From Gammaproteobacteria bacterium (lineage in GTDB: Bacteria > Pseudomonadota > Gammaproteobacteria > Eutrophobiales > Eutrophobiaceae): DNA of 64,000 bases. Shown one piece after another: positions 39,954 through 48,368 of the stretch. The stretch covers positions 2,816,001 to 2,880,000 of the forward strand of contig OZ244905.1 of assembly GCA_965221695.1 (NCBI GenBank). The letters are read 5' to 3'. The notes beneath the pieces are model-generated. The model did no database searches and was not told the origin of the DNA. It saw nothing but the letters and a program-made list of their open reading frames with translations. Numbering within the stretch: the first letter of the stretch is position 1; the number at the start of each line of letters is the position of its first letter. The translations under genes and the position numbers were made by a program.

Positions 39954-40272
39954 AGTCAAGAAGTATACCTATCGAATTATCTGGTCCGAGGAAGATCAGG
40001 AATTTGTCGGCTTATGTGCCGAGTTCCCTGGCCTTAGTTGGTTGGAACCTGATCACGATAATGCCTTAAAAGGTATTCGAGCGCTTGTAAACGAGTGTAT
40101 TGAAGATATGGTTCGTTCCAAAGAGAACATCCCTGTTCCCATTTCTACCCGACAATACAGTGGAAAATTTATTGTTCGCGTTCCGCCGGAAGTGCACCGT
40201 AGTCTTGCGATGGAAGCCGCTGAGTCCGGTGTTAGTTTAAACCGCATAATCAGCGCCAGGCTTGCGCGCTGA
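39943..40272 (+). CDS. hicB: HicB-family antitoxin
   Basis: YTYR..WSEED.EFVG.CAEFP.LSWL, YSGKF.VR.PPE.HR.LA.EAAE.GVSLN; GTG start with GGAG RBS. Confidence 0.9.
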   Translation: MKSEVKKYTYRIIWSEEDQEFVGLCAEFPGLSWLEPDHDNALKGIRALVNECIEDMVRSKENIPVPISTRQYSGKFIVRVPPEVHRSLAMEAAESGVSLNRIISARLAR

Positions 40273-40362
40273 CAGGATCAGCGCTGAGAGAATGTTTGAA
40301 GCCCTGCAGTTTTTGATATAATTGCACCGAAATGGCAACAACGTGCCCGCAGGAGGAATAAC

Positions 40363-41022
40363 ATGCCTTTACGAATTGGCGATGAAGCGCCGAACTTCAC
40401 TGTTGACACCACAGAGGGAACGATCAATTTTCATGACTGGATTGGCGACGGTTACGCGATCCTGTTTTCCCATCCGAAGGATTTTACGCCTGTCTGTACC
40501 ACGGAACTGGGATATATGGCCGGGCTCAAGCCGGAATTTGATAAACGCAACTGTAAAATTATCGGTTTGAGTATCGATTCCGTCAATGATCATAACGCCT
40601 GGTTGAACGATATCGAGGAAACCCAGGGCCACGCGGTGAATTACCCGCTGATAGGCGACAGCAATCTTGAGGTGGCAAAGCTCTATGACATGATCCATCC
40701 GAATGCCAGCGGTACCGCAAAGGAGAGGACCCCGGCGGACAATGCCACTATCCGTTCCGTGTTCGTCATCGGTCCGGATAAGCTGATCAAACTGATCATT
40801 ACTTATCCGATGAGCACCGGCAGAAATTTCGACGAGGTGCTGCGGGTACTGGATTCCATCCAGTTGACCGCCAGGCACAAGGTAGCCACGCCCGTCAACT
40901 GGCGCCAGGGCGAGGATGTGATCATCGTGCCCGCAGTATCGGATGAAGCCGCGAAGGAGAAATTCCCCGACGGCTGGAAGGCCCCGAAACCCTACTTGAG
41001 GATCGTGCCACAACCGGAGTAG
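40363..41022 (+). CDS. 1-Cys peroxiredoxin (Prx6 type)
   Basis: FSHPKDFTPVCTTELG, YPMSTGRNFDE.LR, ATPVNW. Confidence 0.95.
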   Translation: MPLRIGDEAPNFTVDTTEGTINFHDWIGDGYAILFSHPKDFTPVCTTELGYMAGLKPEFDKRNCKIIGLSIDSVNDHNAWLNDIEETQGHAVNYPLIGDSNLEVAKLYDMIHPNASGTAKERTPADNATIRSVFVIGPDKLIKLIITYPMSTGRNFDEVLRVLDSIQLTARHKVATPVNWRQGEDVIIVPAVSDEAAKEKFPDGWKAPKPYLRIVPQPE

Positions 41023-41032
41023 TCAATATACT

Positions 41033-41068
41033 TTGGGAAACTCTGAGACTTAATCAGAGGGTCCTTAG
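41033..41068. repeat. Mini-palindrome family member (CTCTGA family)
   Basis: TTGGGAAACTCTGA-GACTTAA-TCAGAGGGTCCTTAG. Confidence 0.65.
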
Positions 41069-41087
41069 GCAAAACGAGGAATAACTT

Positions 41088-41744
41088 ATGAGCAGATTAT
41101 ACGGTGATAACCACCGGGCATTGCAGGAACAGTTTGAAACACGCCGACTGGCCGACGCGATCGAGCATGTTGCGATGGAGACCGAGGTGGTCGGTCCGCA
41201 CAAGGGTTTCATTGAAAGCCGGGATATGTTTTTCCTGAGCACGGTAGACCACAAGGGCAGGCCCACCGTGTCCTATAAAGGCGGCGATCCGGGTTTCGTC
41301 AAGGTGGTTGATGACAACACGGTCGTATTTCCCAGCTATGACGGAAACGGCATGTTCCTGTCCATGGGGAATATCAAGGGCAACAAGCATATCGGCATGT
41401 TGTTCATCAGTTTTGAAGTCCCGCACCGGTTGCGGTTGCAGGGCGAGGCCACGCTGCATGACGATGACCCGGCCATGGACTGGTACAAGGAAGCCGACCT
41501 GATTGTCAGGGTCAACGTATCCGAGATCTTCGTCAACTGCCCGCGCTACGTCCACAAGTACGAGAAGGTCGATCCTTCCAAGTATGTGCCCCGTACCGAA
41601 TGCGCGACACCGCTGGCCGGCTGGAAACACATCGATATGATCCAGGATGTTCTGCCCACCAGGGACCAGGGGCGCGCGCAGAAAGAAGGCGGCATTATCA
41701 CCGAGGATGAGTGGAAGATGAAAGTCGCGCAGGGCGACGGATAG
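41088..41744 (+). CDS. Pyridoxamine 5'-phosphate oxidase-like FMN-binding protein
   Basis: FFLSTVD..G.PTVSYKGG.PGFV, FPSYDGNGMFLS.GN, NCPRYVH. Confidence 0.88.
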   Translation: MSRLYGDNHRALQEQFETRRLADAIEHVAMETEVVGPHKGFIESRDMFFLSTVDHKGRPTVSYKGGDPGFVKVVDDNTVVFPSYDGNGMFLSMGNIKGNKHIGMLFISFEVPHRLRLQGEATLHDDDPAMDWYKEADLIVRVNVSEIFVNCPRYVHKYEKVDPSKYVPRTECATPLAGWKHIDMIQDVLPTRDQGRAQKEGGIITEDEWKMKVAQGDG

Positions 41745-41749
41745 CTGTT

Positions 41750-43135
41750 TTAAAAGCCCTCTGTTGACAGTGTAAGAGCCTGGCGCATCGCCGCGCTTTT
41801 TGACAGCACTTCCTCATGTTCCGTCGCCGGGTCGCTGTCGGCCACGATTCCGGCGCCGGCATGATAGCTATAACCGCCGTTTTCGAAGACGATAGTGCGT
41901 ATCGCGATAGCCTGGTCCATATTGCCGTAATGGTCAAAATACCCCACCGTCCCGCCGTACAGGCCGCGCCGCACCGGTTCGAAACCGTTCAGCAGTTCGA
42001 TCGCGCGGATTTTCGGCGCGCCAACCAGGGTCCCGGCGGGGAAGGATGCCGCAAATAAATCAAACGCATCCTTGTCTGGCCGTGGCGCGCCGCTGACGCC
42101 ACTGACGATGTGCATGACATGGCTGTAACGTTCTATGGACAGGTAAGGTTCAACCCGAACCGAACCGGTCGCCGCGATGCGCCCCAGGTCGTTGCGGGCA
42201 AGGTCCACCAGCATTACATGCTCGGCGGTTTCTTTGGGGTCGTTGAGCAGGTCTTGTTCCAGTTCCCGGTCTTTTTCAGGCGAACTCCCGCGTGCACGGG
42301 TGCCGGCAATAGGCCGCAGCGCGGCCTTGCCGTCCTGTAACTTCACCATGGCTTCGGGCGAGGAACCGGCTATCGTGCGGTCGCCTATCTCGATATAATA
42401 CATGTAAGGTGATGGGTTAATCAGGCGCAGCGCGCGATAAACCGTGAACGGCTCGAGCTCGGATTCACCGTAAAACCGGTTTGCCAGCACAACCTGGAAG
42501 ATATCTCCGTCACGTATTTTGTGCTTGGCATCATAGACCAGTTGCATATAGTCATTCCTGGTCAGACTTGCCTTCGCGATGGAACAGGTGTTGTTCGAGT
42601 TGGACGCAGGGATCGAGCCGCGTAATGCTGTACTGATCTCCTTCTGCAGGGCCAGCCGTTCCGATTCCGGCCCGGCATGAAGCAACGCCACCCGCCGGGT
42701 CAGGTGATCGAACACGAGCAGGGAGCGCGGCGACATGTAACCGGCGCGCGGCTTGAAATCCCTGGCGCTTGTGTTATCGGGAAACTGTTCCAGTTCGTGC
42801 ACCAGGTCAAAATCGGCATAGCCCACCAGGCCGCCCTGGAATGGGATCTCATCCACCTGGGGGAATAATTTCGGCGTAGCTTGTAATGCCTCCCGCAATG
42901 CAGCCAAAACCCCGGCGCGGCCCGAAAGCCGTGATTGCGTCTTGCCGTTAACGGTCAGGGATTGCGGCTCAAGATGCAAGTCCAGCACACTACCCAGCCC
43001 CAGGAAAGAAAAACGCGCAACTTGCTCACCGCGTTCCACGCTTTCCAGCAGGAAGCGCGCATCCAGCGGTTTCAGTTTAAGAAAGGCGGATACCGGCGTA
43101 TCCAGGTCTGCTACTATGTCAAAAGGCGGTTTCAT
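41750..43135 (-). CDS. trpE: Anthranilate synthase component I
   Basis: DLDTPVSAFLKL, LLESVE, GDIFQVV, NPSPYM, RPIAGTR.RG, AEH.MLVDLARND, RG.YGG.VGY; upstream Trp-rich leader supports TrpE rather than PabB. Confidence 0.92.
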   Translation of the reverse strand: MKPPFDIVADLDTPVSAFLKLKPLDARFLLESVERGEQVARFSFLGLGSVLDLHLEPQSLTVNGKTQSRLSGRAGVLAALREALQATPKLFPQVDEIPFQGGLVGYADFDLVHELEQFPDNTSARDFKPRAGYMSPRSLLVFDHLTRRVALLHAGPESERLALQKEISTALRGSIPASNSNNTCSIAKASLTRNDYMQLVYDAKHKIRDGDIFQVVLANRFYGESELEPFTVYRALRLINPSPYMYYIEIGDRTIAGSSPEAMVKLQDGKAALRPIAGTRARGSSPEKDRELEQDLLNDPKETAEHVMLVDLARNDLGRIAATGSVRVEPYLSIERYSHVMHIVSGVSGAPRPDKDAFDLFAASFPAGTLVGAPKIRAIELLNGFEPVRRGLYGGTVGYFDHYGNMDQAIAIRTIVFENGGYSYHAGAGIVADSDPATEHEEVLSKSAAMRQALTLSTEGF

Positions 43136-43182
43136 GGGTTCCCCGTGGTTCTTTAATCACCCGTAGCCGGGGACGCGGGCAC

Positions 43183-43215
43183 AAAAAAACCCACCCCTGG
43201 CTCAGAGGTGGGTTT
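43183..43215 (-). terminator. trp attenuator terminator
   Basis: Minus strand AAACCCACCTCTG-AGC-CAGGGGTGGGTTTTTTT; its 5' arm is complementary to GGAGGTGGATT in the leader ORF (antiterminator). Confidence 0.9.
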
Positions 43216-43236
43216 GAAAACATTAAACAATAGCGA

Positions 43237-43299
43237 TTAAGCCGTAATCCACCTCCGGATGTGCGGCCACCACCATTGTTTGCGGTTAATTTTCATCAT
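43237..43299 (-). CDS. trpL: trp operon leader peptide MMKINRKQWWWPHIRRWITA
   Basis: 20-codon ORF with WWW plus W, directly upstream of a terminator and trpE. Confidence 0.88.
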   Translation of the reverse strand: MMKINRKQWWWPHIRRWITA

Positions 43300-43305
43300 G
43301 CCCGC

Positions 43306-43334
43306 ATCATAACCGCAGTTCCGAAACAGGTCAA
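43306..43334 (-). promoter_or_regulatory. Sigma70 promoter of trpL-trpE
   Basis: TTGACC-17bp-TATGAT; leader ATG 6 nt after the -10 box. Confidence 0.75.
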
Positions 43335-43441
43335 GTTCAAACGAAATCAGCGCACCCTTATCTTAAATCGGATAAAATCGAGACACCCACGTTTCGAATC
43401 AGGATAACCATACACAGCACAGCAAACAGGAGCGCCCCTCC

Positions 43442-44224
43442 ATGCAGGAAACACATAATGATTTACTGAGCCTGAACGGCAAGACCGCCGTGGTAACAGG
43501 CGGCGCCGGCGGCATCGGCGCGGCGATATGCCAGACGCTGGCGCGGGCCGGCGCCCATGTCTTCATTCATTACCACTCCAACGAGGCCGGCGCTGTGGGA
43601 CTGAAAGAGCGGATCAAGCAGTCGGGAGGCGCCGCAACCACCGCCTATGCCGACGTGACCAGCAAGGCGGATGTGGAGAGCCTGTTCGACTCCGTTATCG
43701 CGCAAACCGGCAGGGTAGACCTGTTGATCAACAACGCCGGGGTCTACCCGTTGTCACCCTTTCTTGAGATCAGCGAGGCAGAGTATGAGCAGATGATGGA
43801 CTCTAATGTACGTTCCGTCATGTTGTGCACCCAGGCGTTTGCCGGGCACGTGATAAAGCGAGGAACCGGCGGCGGAGTCGTCAATATCGCGTCGATTGCC
43901 GCCAGCGGCGTGATGGATATGCACAGTCATTATTGCGCGTCCAAGAGCGCGGTCGTGATGTTCAGCCGGGCTTCCGCCAGGGAACTGGGCGCGCATAACA
44001 TCCGTGTCAATACCGTATCCCCCGGCCTCATCTGGCGCGACGGGCTGGATGAGGACTGGCCTGAAGGTGTGGCCCGATACAAACAGGCCGCGGCGCTTAG
44101 CGCGGTGGGCCAGGCGGAAGACGTCGCCAATGCCTGCCTGTTCCTGGTTTCTCCGGCAAGCCAGTGGATAACCGGGATTGACCTGATCGTGGACGGCGGC
44201 GTGATGACAGACAAACTGTTTTAG
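43442..44224 (+). CDS. SDR-family oxidoreductase
   Basis: TGGAGGIG, NNAG, YCASK, IRVN.VSPG, VDGG. Confidence 0.92.
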   Translation: MQETHNDLLSLNGKTAVVTGGAGGIGAAICQTLARAGAHVFIHYHSNEAGAVGLKERIKQSGGAATTAYADVTSKADVESLFDSVIAQTGRVDLLINNAGVYPLSPFLEISEAEYEQMMDSNVRSVMLCTQAFAGHVIKRGTGGGVVNIASIAASGVMDMHSHYCASKSAVVMFSRASARELGAHNIRVNTVSPGLIWRDGLDEDWPEGVARYKQAAALSAVGQAEDVANACLFLVSPASQWITGIDLIVDGGVMTDKLF

Positions 44225-44362
44225 TGTTGTATTTCGGAGCCACAGAGAATGCTGAGGTTAAAAGTGTATGAGGCCGGGCTGGCGCCCGCACGCGGGCGAT
44301 ATCAAGGGAGGCACAGTAAACACTGAGTATGGGTTTGCCCCGTAATTTAGCGCAAGTCTGTT

Positions 44363-45022
44363 ATGAAGATTAAAGTAGAAGACATTGCAGCGATTATCGA
44401 TCACACGCTGCTGGCGTCCGACGCGACACCGGATAAGGTAATACGGCTGTGCCGTGAGGCGGATGAACATGGGTTTTATTCCGTTTGCGTGGCGCCGGTG
44501 TACGTCAGACTGGCCCGAGAGAACCTGGCTGAGTCGCCGGTGAAGGTATGCACGGTGGCCGGTTTCCCCAGTGGCATGAGTGAACCGGAAGTGAAGGCGC
44601 TGGAGGCGCAACTGGCAATCCGGCAAGGCGCCGACGAAGTGGACATGGTGATGCATATGGGCGCGGCAAAAGAGGGCAACTGGCAACAGGTGGCTGAAGA
44701 TGTGAAAACCGTGGTCGAGCGCGCCGCGGGATGGCCGATCAAGGTGATCCTGGAGACCTGCTTGTTAACCGACGCGGAAAAGCAACAGGCCTGCGAGGTC
44801 TGCGTTGCCGCAGGCGCCGCTTTTGTCAAGACCTCCACCGGCTTCAGCCATGGCGGCGCCACCGAGGCGGATGTCAGGTTGTTACGCGCCGCAGTAGGAC
44901 CGGACATCGGGGTCAAGGCCAGCGGCGGGATCAGGGATTACGCTACCGCCTGCAGGATGATAGAGGCGGGCGCCACCCGCCTGGGCGCCAGTTCAAGCGT
45001 CAAAATCACGGAGAGACTGTGA
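44363..45022 (+). CDS. deoC: Deoxyribose-phosphate aldolase
   Basis: IDHTLL, GADEVDMV, KVILET, FVKTSTGF, VKASGGIR, R.GASS. Confidence 0.95.
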   Translation: MKIKVEDIAAIIDHTLLASDATPDKVIRLCREADEHGFYSVCVAPVYVRLARENLAESPVKVCTVAGFPSGMSEPEVKALEAQLAIRQGADEVDMVMHMGAAKEGNWQQVAEDVKTVVERAAGWPIKVILETCLLTDAEKQQACEVCVAAGAAFVKTSTGFSHGGATEADVRLLRAAVGPDIGVKASGGIRDYATACRMIEAGATRLGASSSVKITERL

Positions 45023-45125
45023 ATACGCCCATTCCCGTAGCGGGCGCATAATCAGTTCCACGCTACTCAGCGCTGTACAATTTACATCTTCCTGGAGCGA
45101 ACTGCTGGAAGATAATACGAGATAC

Positions 45126-45845
45126 TCAATACTCCCACTCAGCATAAGCAAGCGGCGCGCGCTTGAGCGCTTCTTTATGCAAGCGCCACTGTGGCATGAA
45201 GCTGTCCATCAGTTCCCGAAAGCGCGCATTATGGCGGCGTTCGATCAAGTGCGTGAGTTCGTGAACGAGGACGTATTCAAGACATGAGGTTGGTTTCTTG
45301 ATCAATTCCAGGTTCAACCAGATACGACCGGCCTTGATGTTGCACGAACCCCAGCGGGTTTTCATCTTCTTGATGCGGACCTCGCGCGCACGCACACCGA
45401 TCTCGGTTTCCCACTTCGTCAACAGCGCCGGCAGTCGGGCCTGAAGTTGGCGCCGATACCATCGATCAACCAGCGCCTCCCGCGCCGCTCTATCTGAACC
45501 GTGACGAACCTGTAACGTCATCGTATTGTTATTCGCCAGGCACACACCTGGTCTGCCGGCGCTTTCAAGCACATCCAGCCGATAACGCCGTCCTTCAAAG
45601 TAATGGCTTTCGCCAGTGACAAACTCGCGCTGGGACTGGCGTTCCTGCTCGGCAAGTTCCACTTGCTTTCTGTGAATCCATCCCAAGCGATCAACCACGG
45701 CCAACCTGATGGCATCGTCATCGAAGCGTAACGGCGCCGCCACCCGCACCCGACCGGATGGCGGGTATACCCCTACATACAGGTGTTTGATGTTCTTGCG
45801 GACGACCTCCACAGGTATCCCGCTGATGTCCATGTGCTGGCTCAT
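45126..45845 (-). CDS. M48/YgjP-type zinc metalloprotease (usually found after type I RM hsdR)
   Basis: RKNIK.L...V.PP.GRVRV, MKTRWGSC, IWLNLEL, YVLVHELTHL..HN. Confidence 0.9.
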   Translation of the reverse strand: MSQHMDISGIPVEVVRKNIKHLYVGVYPPSGRVRVAAPLRFDDDAIRLAVVDRLGWIHRKQVELAEQERQSQREFVTGESHYFEGRRYRLDVLESAGRPGVCLANNNTMTLQVRHGSDRAAREALVDRWYRRQLQARLPALLTKWETEIGVRAREVRIKKMKTRWGSCNIKAGRIWLNLELIKKPTSCLEYVLVHELTHLIERRHNARFRELMDSFMPQWRLHKEALKRAPLAYAEWEY

Positions 45846-45851
45846 TGCTTT

Positions 45852-46094
45852 AGCCCGAAAATCTCACCAATTGATGCGATGATCGCTGAGGATTTTTTGC
45901 GTTAGCGGGTGCTCGCGACCGAAAGCATAGTGGTTCTTCTGGTTGAGGGAGCATGTGCCCGCTAACGCAAAAAAGACCAGCGAGGGCGCATCAAGCGCTG
46001 TGCGTAATGGCAACATACTCGGCAGATTACCATAACTCATTGACAGCAAACATCTATCTGATGCTAACAAGCGAATTGGTGAGATATTCGGGTT
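45852..46094. mobile_element. MITE-like element copy 3 (243 bp)
   Basis: TA-GCCCGAAAATCTCACCAATT ... AATTGGTGAGATATTCGGGT-TA; closely similar to copy 1. Confidence 0.85.
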
Positions 46095-46099
46095 AGTAC

Positions 46100-46290
46100 T
46101 CACTTTGGGTCTTCACGCTCGCCGGCGGTGGTCATATCCGTGCGCTCCGACTGAGTGTCCGAAAGCGCAGCCCGTCCCTTGTAGGTAAGCTGATACTTCT
46201 GTAGCGGTCGGATCAAGCCCTCCTTGAAGAAAAATTCGCGAATTTCTTCGCGCTTCATCTGTTGGCTGCTTGCGACTTCTTAAGAGCCAT
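46100..46290 (-). pseudogene. Mosaic deletion scar, probably of a type I RM locus
   Basis: Consecutive fragments translate as MALKKS, ASSQQMKREEIREFFFKEGLIR, PLQKYQLTYKG and MTTAGERE. Confidence 0.5.
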
Positions 46291-46297
46291 CAGTCTC

Positions 46298-47041
46298 TTA
46301 TGACGGTGGAGAGATCTGCGTCGATGCCGGAGTTTCGCTTATCGCGGTCTCAAGCGCCAGTTCTATCATTTCCGCAAAGCCGGATTGCCGTTCCTCTGCG
46401 CTCAATCTTTTTTCAAGGGTAATATGGTCGCTGACGGTGCAAATGGTCAATGCCCTGGCGCCGAGTTCTGCGGCCAGGCCGTATATGCCGGCAGTCTCCA
46501 TTTCCGCGCCCAGTACGTTGTATTTCTCCATCAGTTCGAAGACTTCAAGCTCAGGCGTGTAGAACAGGTCGGTGGAGAACACATTGCCGACATGAAACGC
46601 AAGTTCTCTTTGTTCGGCAAGGCCTACCGCGGCGCGTAGCATCCGGTAATCTGCGATGGCGGCAAAGTCATGATCTCTGAAGCGGATGCGATTCACCTTT
46701 GAATCGGTGCAGGCGCCCATTGCGATAATGATATCCCGCAGTTGCACCGACTTCATCACGGCGCCGCAACTGCCGACCCGTATCAAGCGCTTTACACCGA
46801 ACTCGTTGATCAGTTCGGCACAGTAAATCGAGCAAGAGGGGATACCGACGCCATGGCCCATCACCGACAGGCGCTGTCCCTTGTAGCTGCCGGTATAGCC
46901 CAGCATGCCCCGGACATCATTCACCAAGCGTGGGTTGTCCAGGTAGTTTTCGGCGATGAATTTTGCCCGGAGCGGGTCGCCCGGCATCAGCACGGTTTCG
47001 GCAAAATCCCCGGGTTCGGCATTAATATGAGGTGTGGCCAT
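46298..47041 (-). CDS. deoD: Purine nucleoside phosphorylase
   Basis: [38 protein letters not shown]. Confidence 0.96.
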   Translation of the reverse strand: MATPHINAEPGDFAETVLMPGDPLRAKFIAENYLDNPRLVNDVRGMLGYTGSYKGQRLSVMGHGVGIPSCSIYCAELINEFGVKRLIRVGSCGAVMKSVQLRDIIIAMGACTDSKVNRIRFRDHDFAAIADYRMLRAAVGLAEQRELAFHVGNVFSTDLFYTPELEVFELMEKYNVLGAEMETAGIYGLAAELGARALTICTVSDHITLEKRLSAEERQSGFAEMIELALETAISETPASTQISPPS

Positions 47042-47080
47042 GTGTTCACCCGTGACGAAATTGAACTGGGTGCATGTTGA

Positions 47081-48307
47081 CTAAACCTGCAGGGAAACGA
47101 ACAGGACTGCCAGCACCGCGCTCATCAGATTGGACAGCGTGCCGGCCAACACCGACATGAAGCCGAGCGCCGCAATGTCCTGGCGCCGTTCCGGGACCAG
47201 GCTGCCCATGCCGCCCAGCAAGATGGCGATGGAGGTGAGGTTGGCGAAACCGCACAGGCCGAACGTGATCAATACCTGGGTCTGCGGGCTTAAGGTATCC
47301 CTGATTTCACTGAAGCTCAGGTAGGCGATGAATTCACTCATGATGAATTTCTGGCCGATTAGGCTGCCGGCCGCGGCGGCCTCGTGCCAGGGCACGCCCA
47401 GCAGCCAGGCCAGCGGCGCCAGCAGTTTGCCGAGAATACCCTGCAGGGTCAGGTCCTCGAGCCCGAACCAGGCGCCGACCCCGCCCAGCAGGCCGTTGAT
47501 CAGAGCGATCATCGCCACGAACGCGATCAGCATCGCACCGACATTGGCCGCAAGTTTAAGTCCGTCCAGGGTACCGTTGCCGATGGCTTCAAAGACATTC
47601 ACCACTTTTGCCGGCCCGCTGAATTGTACATGTTCTATGTCCTGCTCAGCATCTTCGGTCTCGGGCTTGATGATCTTGGCCATCAGCAGGCCGCCGGGCG
47701 CAGCCATGAAACTGGCCGCGATCAGGTAGCCCAGGTTAATACCCATCGCAGCGTAGGCCGCCATGATGGCGCCGGAGATGGCCGCCATGCCGCCGGTCAT
47801 CACCGCGAACAACTCCGATCGGGTCAGGTTCTTCAGGTAGGGCCGGATCACCAGCGGCGATTCGCTGTGACCGATGAAGATGTTGGCGACTGCACACATG
47901 GATTCGGTCTTGCTGGTGCCGAGCAGTTTATGAATGGCGCCGCCCAGTATCGTTACCAGTTTCTGCATGATGCCCAGGTAATACAGCGTGGACATCAGCG
48001 CGGAGAAAAAGATGATCACCGGCAACAGGTGAAAGGCGATGGAAAATCCGCCTTCCTGCTTGGCCAGGTCGCCGAACACGAATTCGCTGCCGACGCGGCC
48101 GTAATCGATAACGTTCTGCACGCCCGCGACCATGGTATTGAGAAATGCCTGGCCCGGCGGGAAATAAAGGATCAGGCAGGCGATCGCGGCCTGGGTCAAG
48201 AATGCGGGGATAACGGTTTTCAACCTGATTGCGCGCCGGTTTTCGGACAGCAGCAAGGCCAGGGAGATTATCACCGCGATCCCAACAAAACTCATCAGAA
48301 ACTGCAT
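47081..48307 (-). CDS. nupC: NupC/CNT-family nucleoside transporter
   Basis: SENRRAI, LPVIIFF.AL..LYYLG, ES..AVANIF.G.SE.P, CGFAN..SIAI. Confidence 0.9.
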   Translation of the reverse strand: MQFLMSFVGIAVIISLALLLSENRRAIRLKTVIPAFLTQAAIACLILYFPPGQAFLNTMVAGVQNVIDYGRVGSEFVFGDLAKQEGGFSIAFHLLPVIIFFSALMSTLYYLGIMQKLVTILGGAIHKLLGTSKTESMCAVANIFIGHSESPLVIRPYLKNLTRSELFAVMTGGMAAISGAIMAAYAAMGINLGYLIAASFMAAPGGLLMAKIIKPETEDAEQDIEHVQFSGPAKVVNVFEAIGNGTLDGLKLAANVGAMLIAFVAMIALINGLLGGVGAWFGLEDLTLQGILGKLLAPLAWLLGVPWHEAAAAGSLIGQKFIMSEFIAYLSFSEIRDTLSPQTQVLITFGLCGFANLTSIAILLGGMGSLVPERRQDIAALGFMSVLAGTLSNLMSAVLAVLFVSLQV

Positions 48308-48368
48308 TTTTATTATTGTCCCCTTTGGTAATTGTTATAAGATACGGGACAATTGGAGGTAAGGCAAA

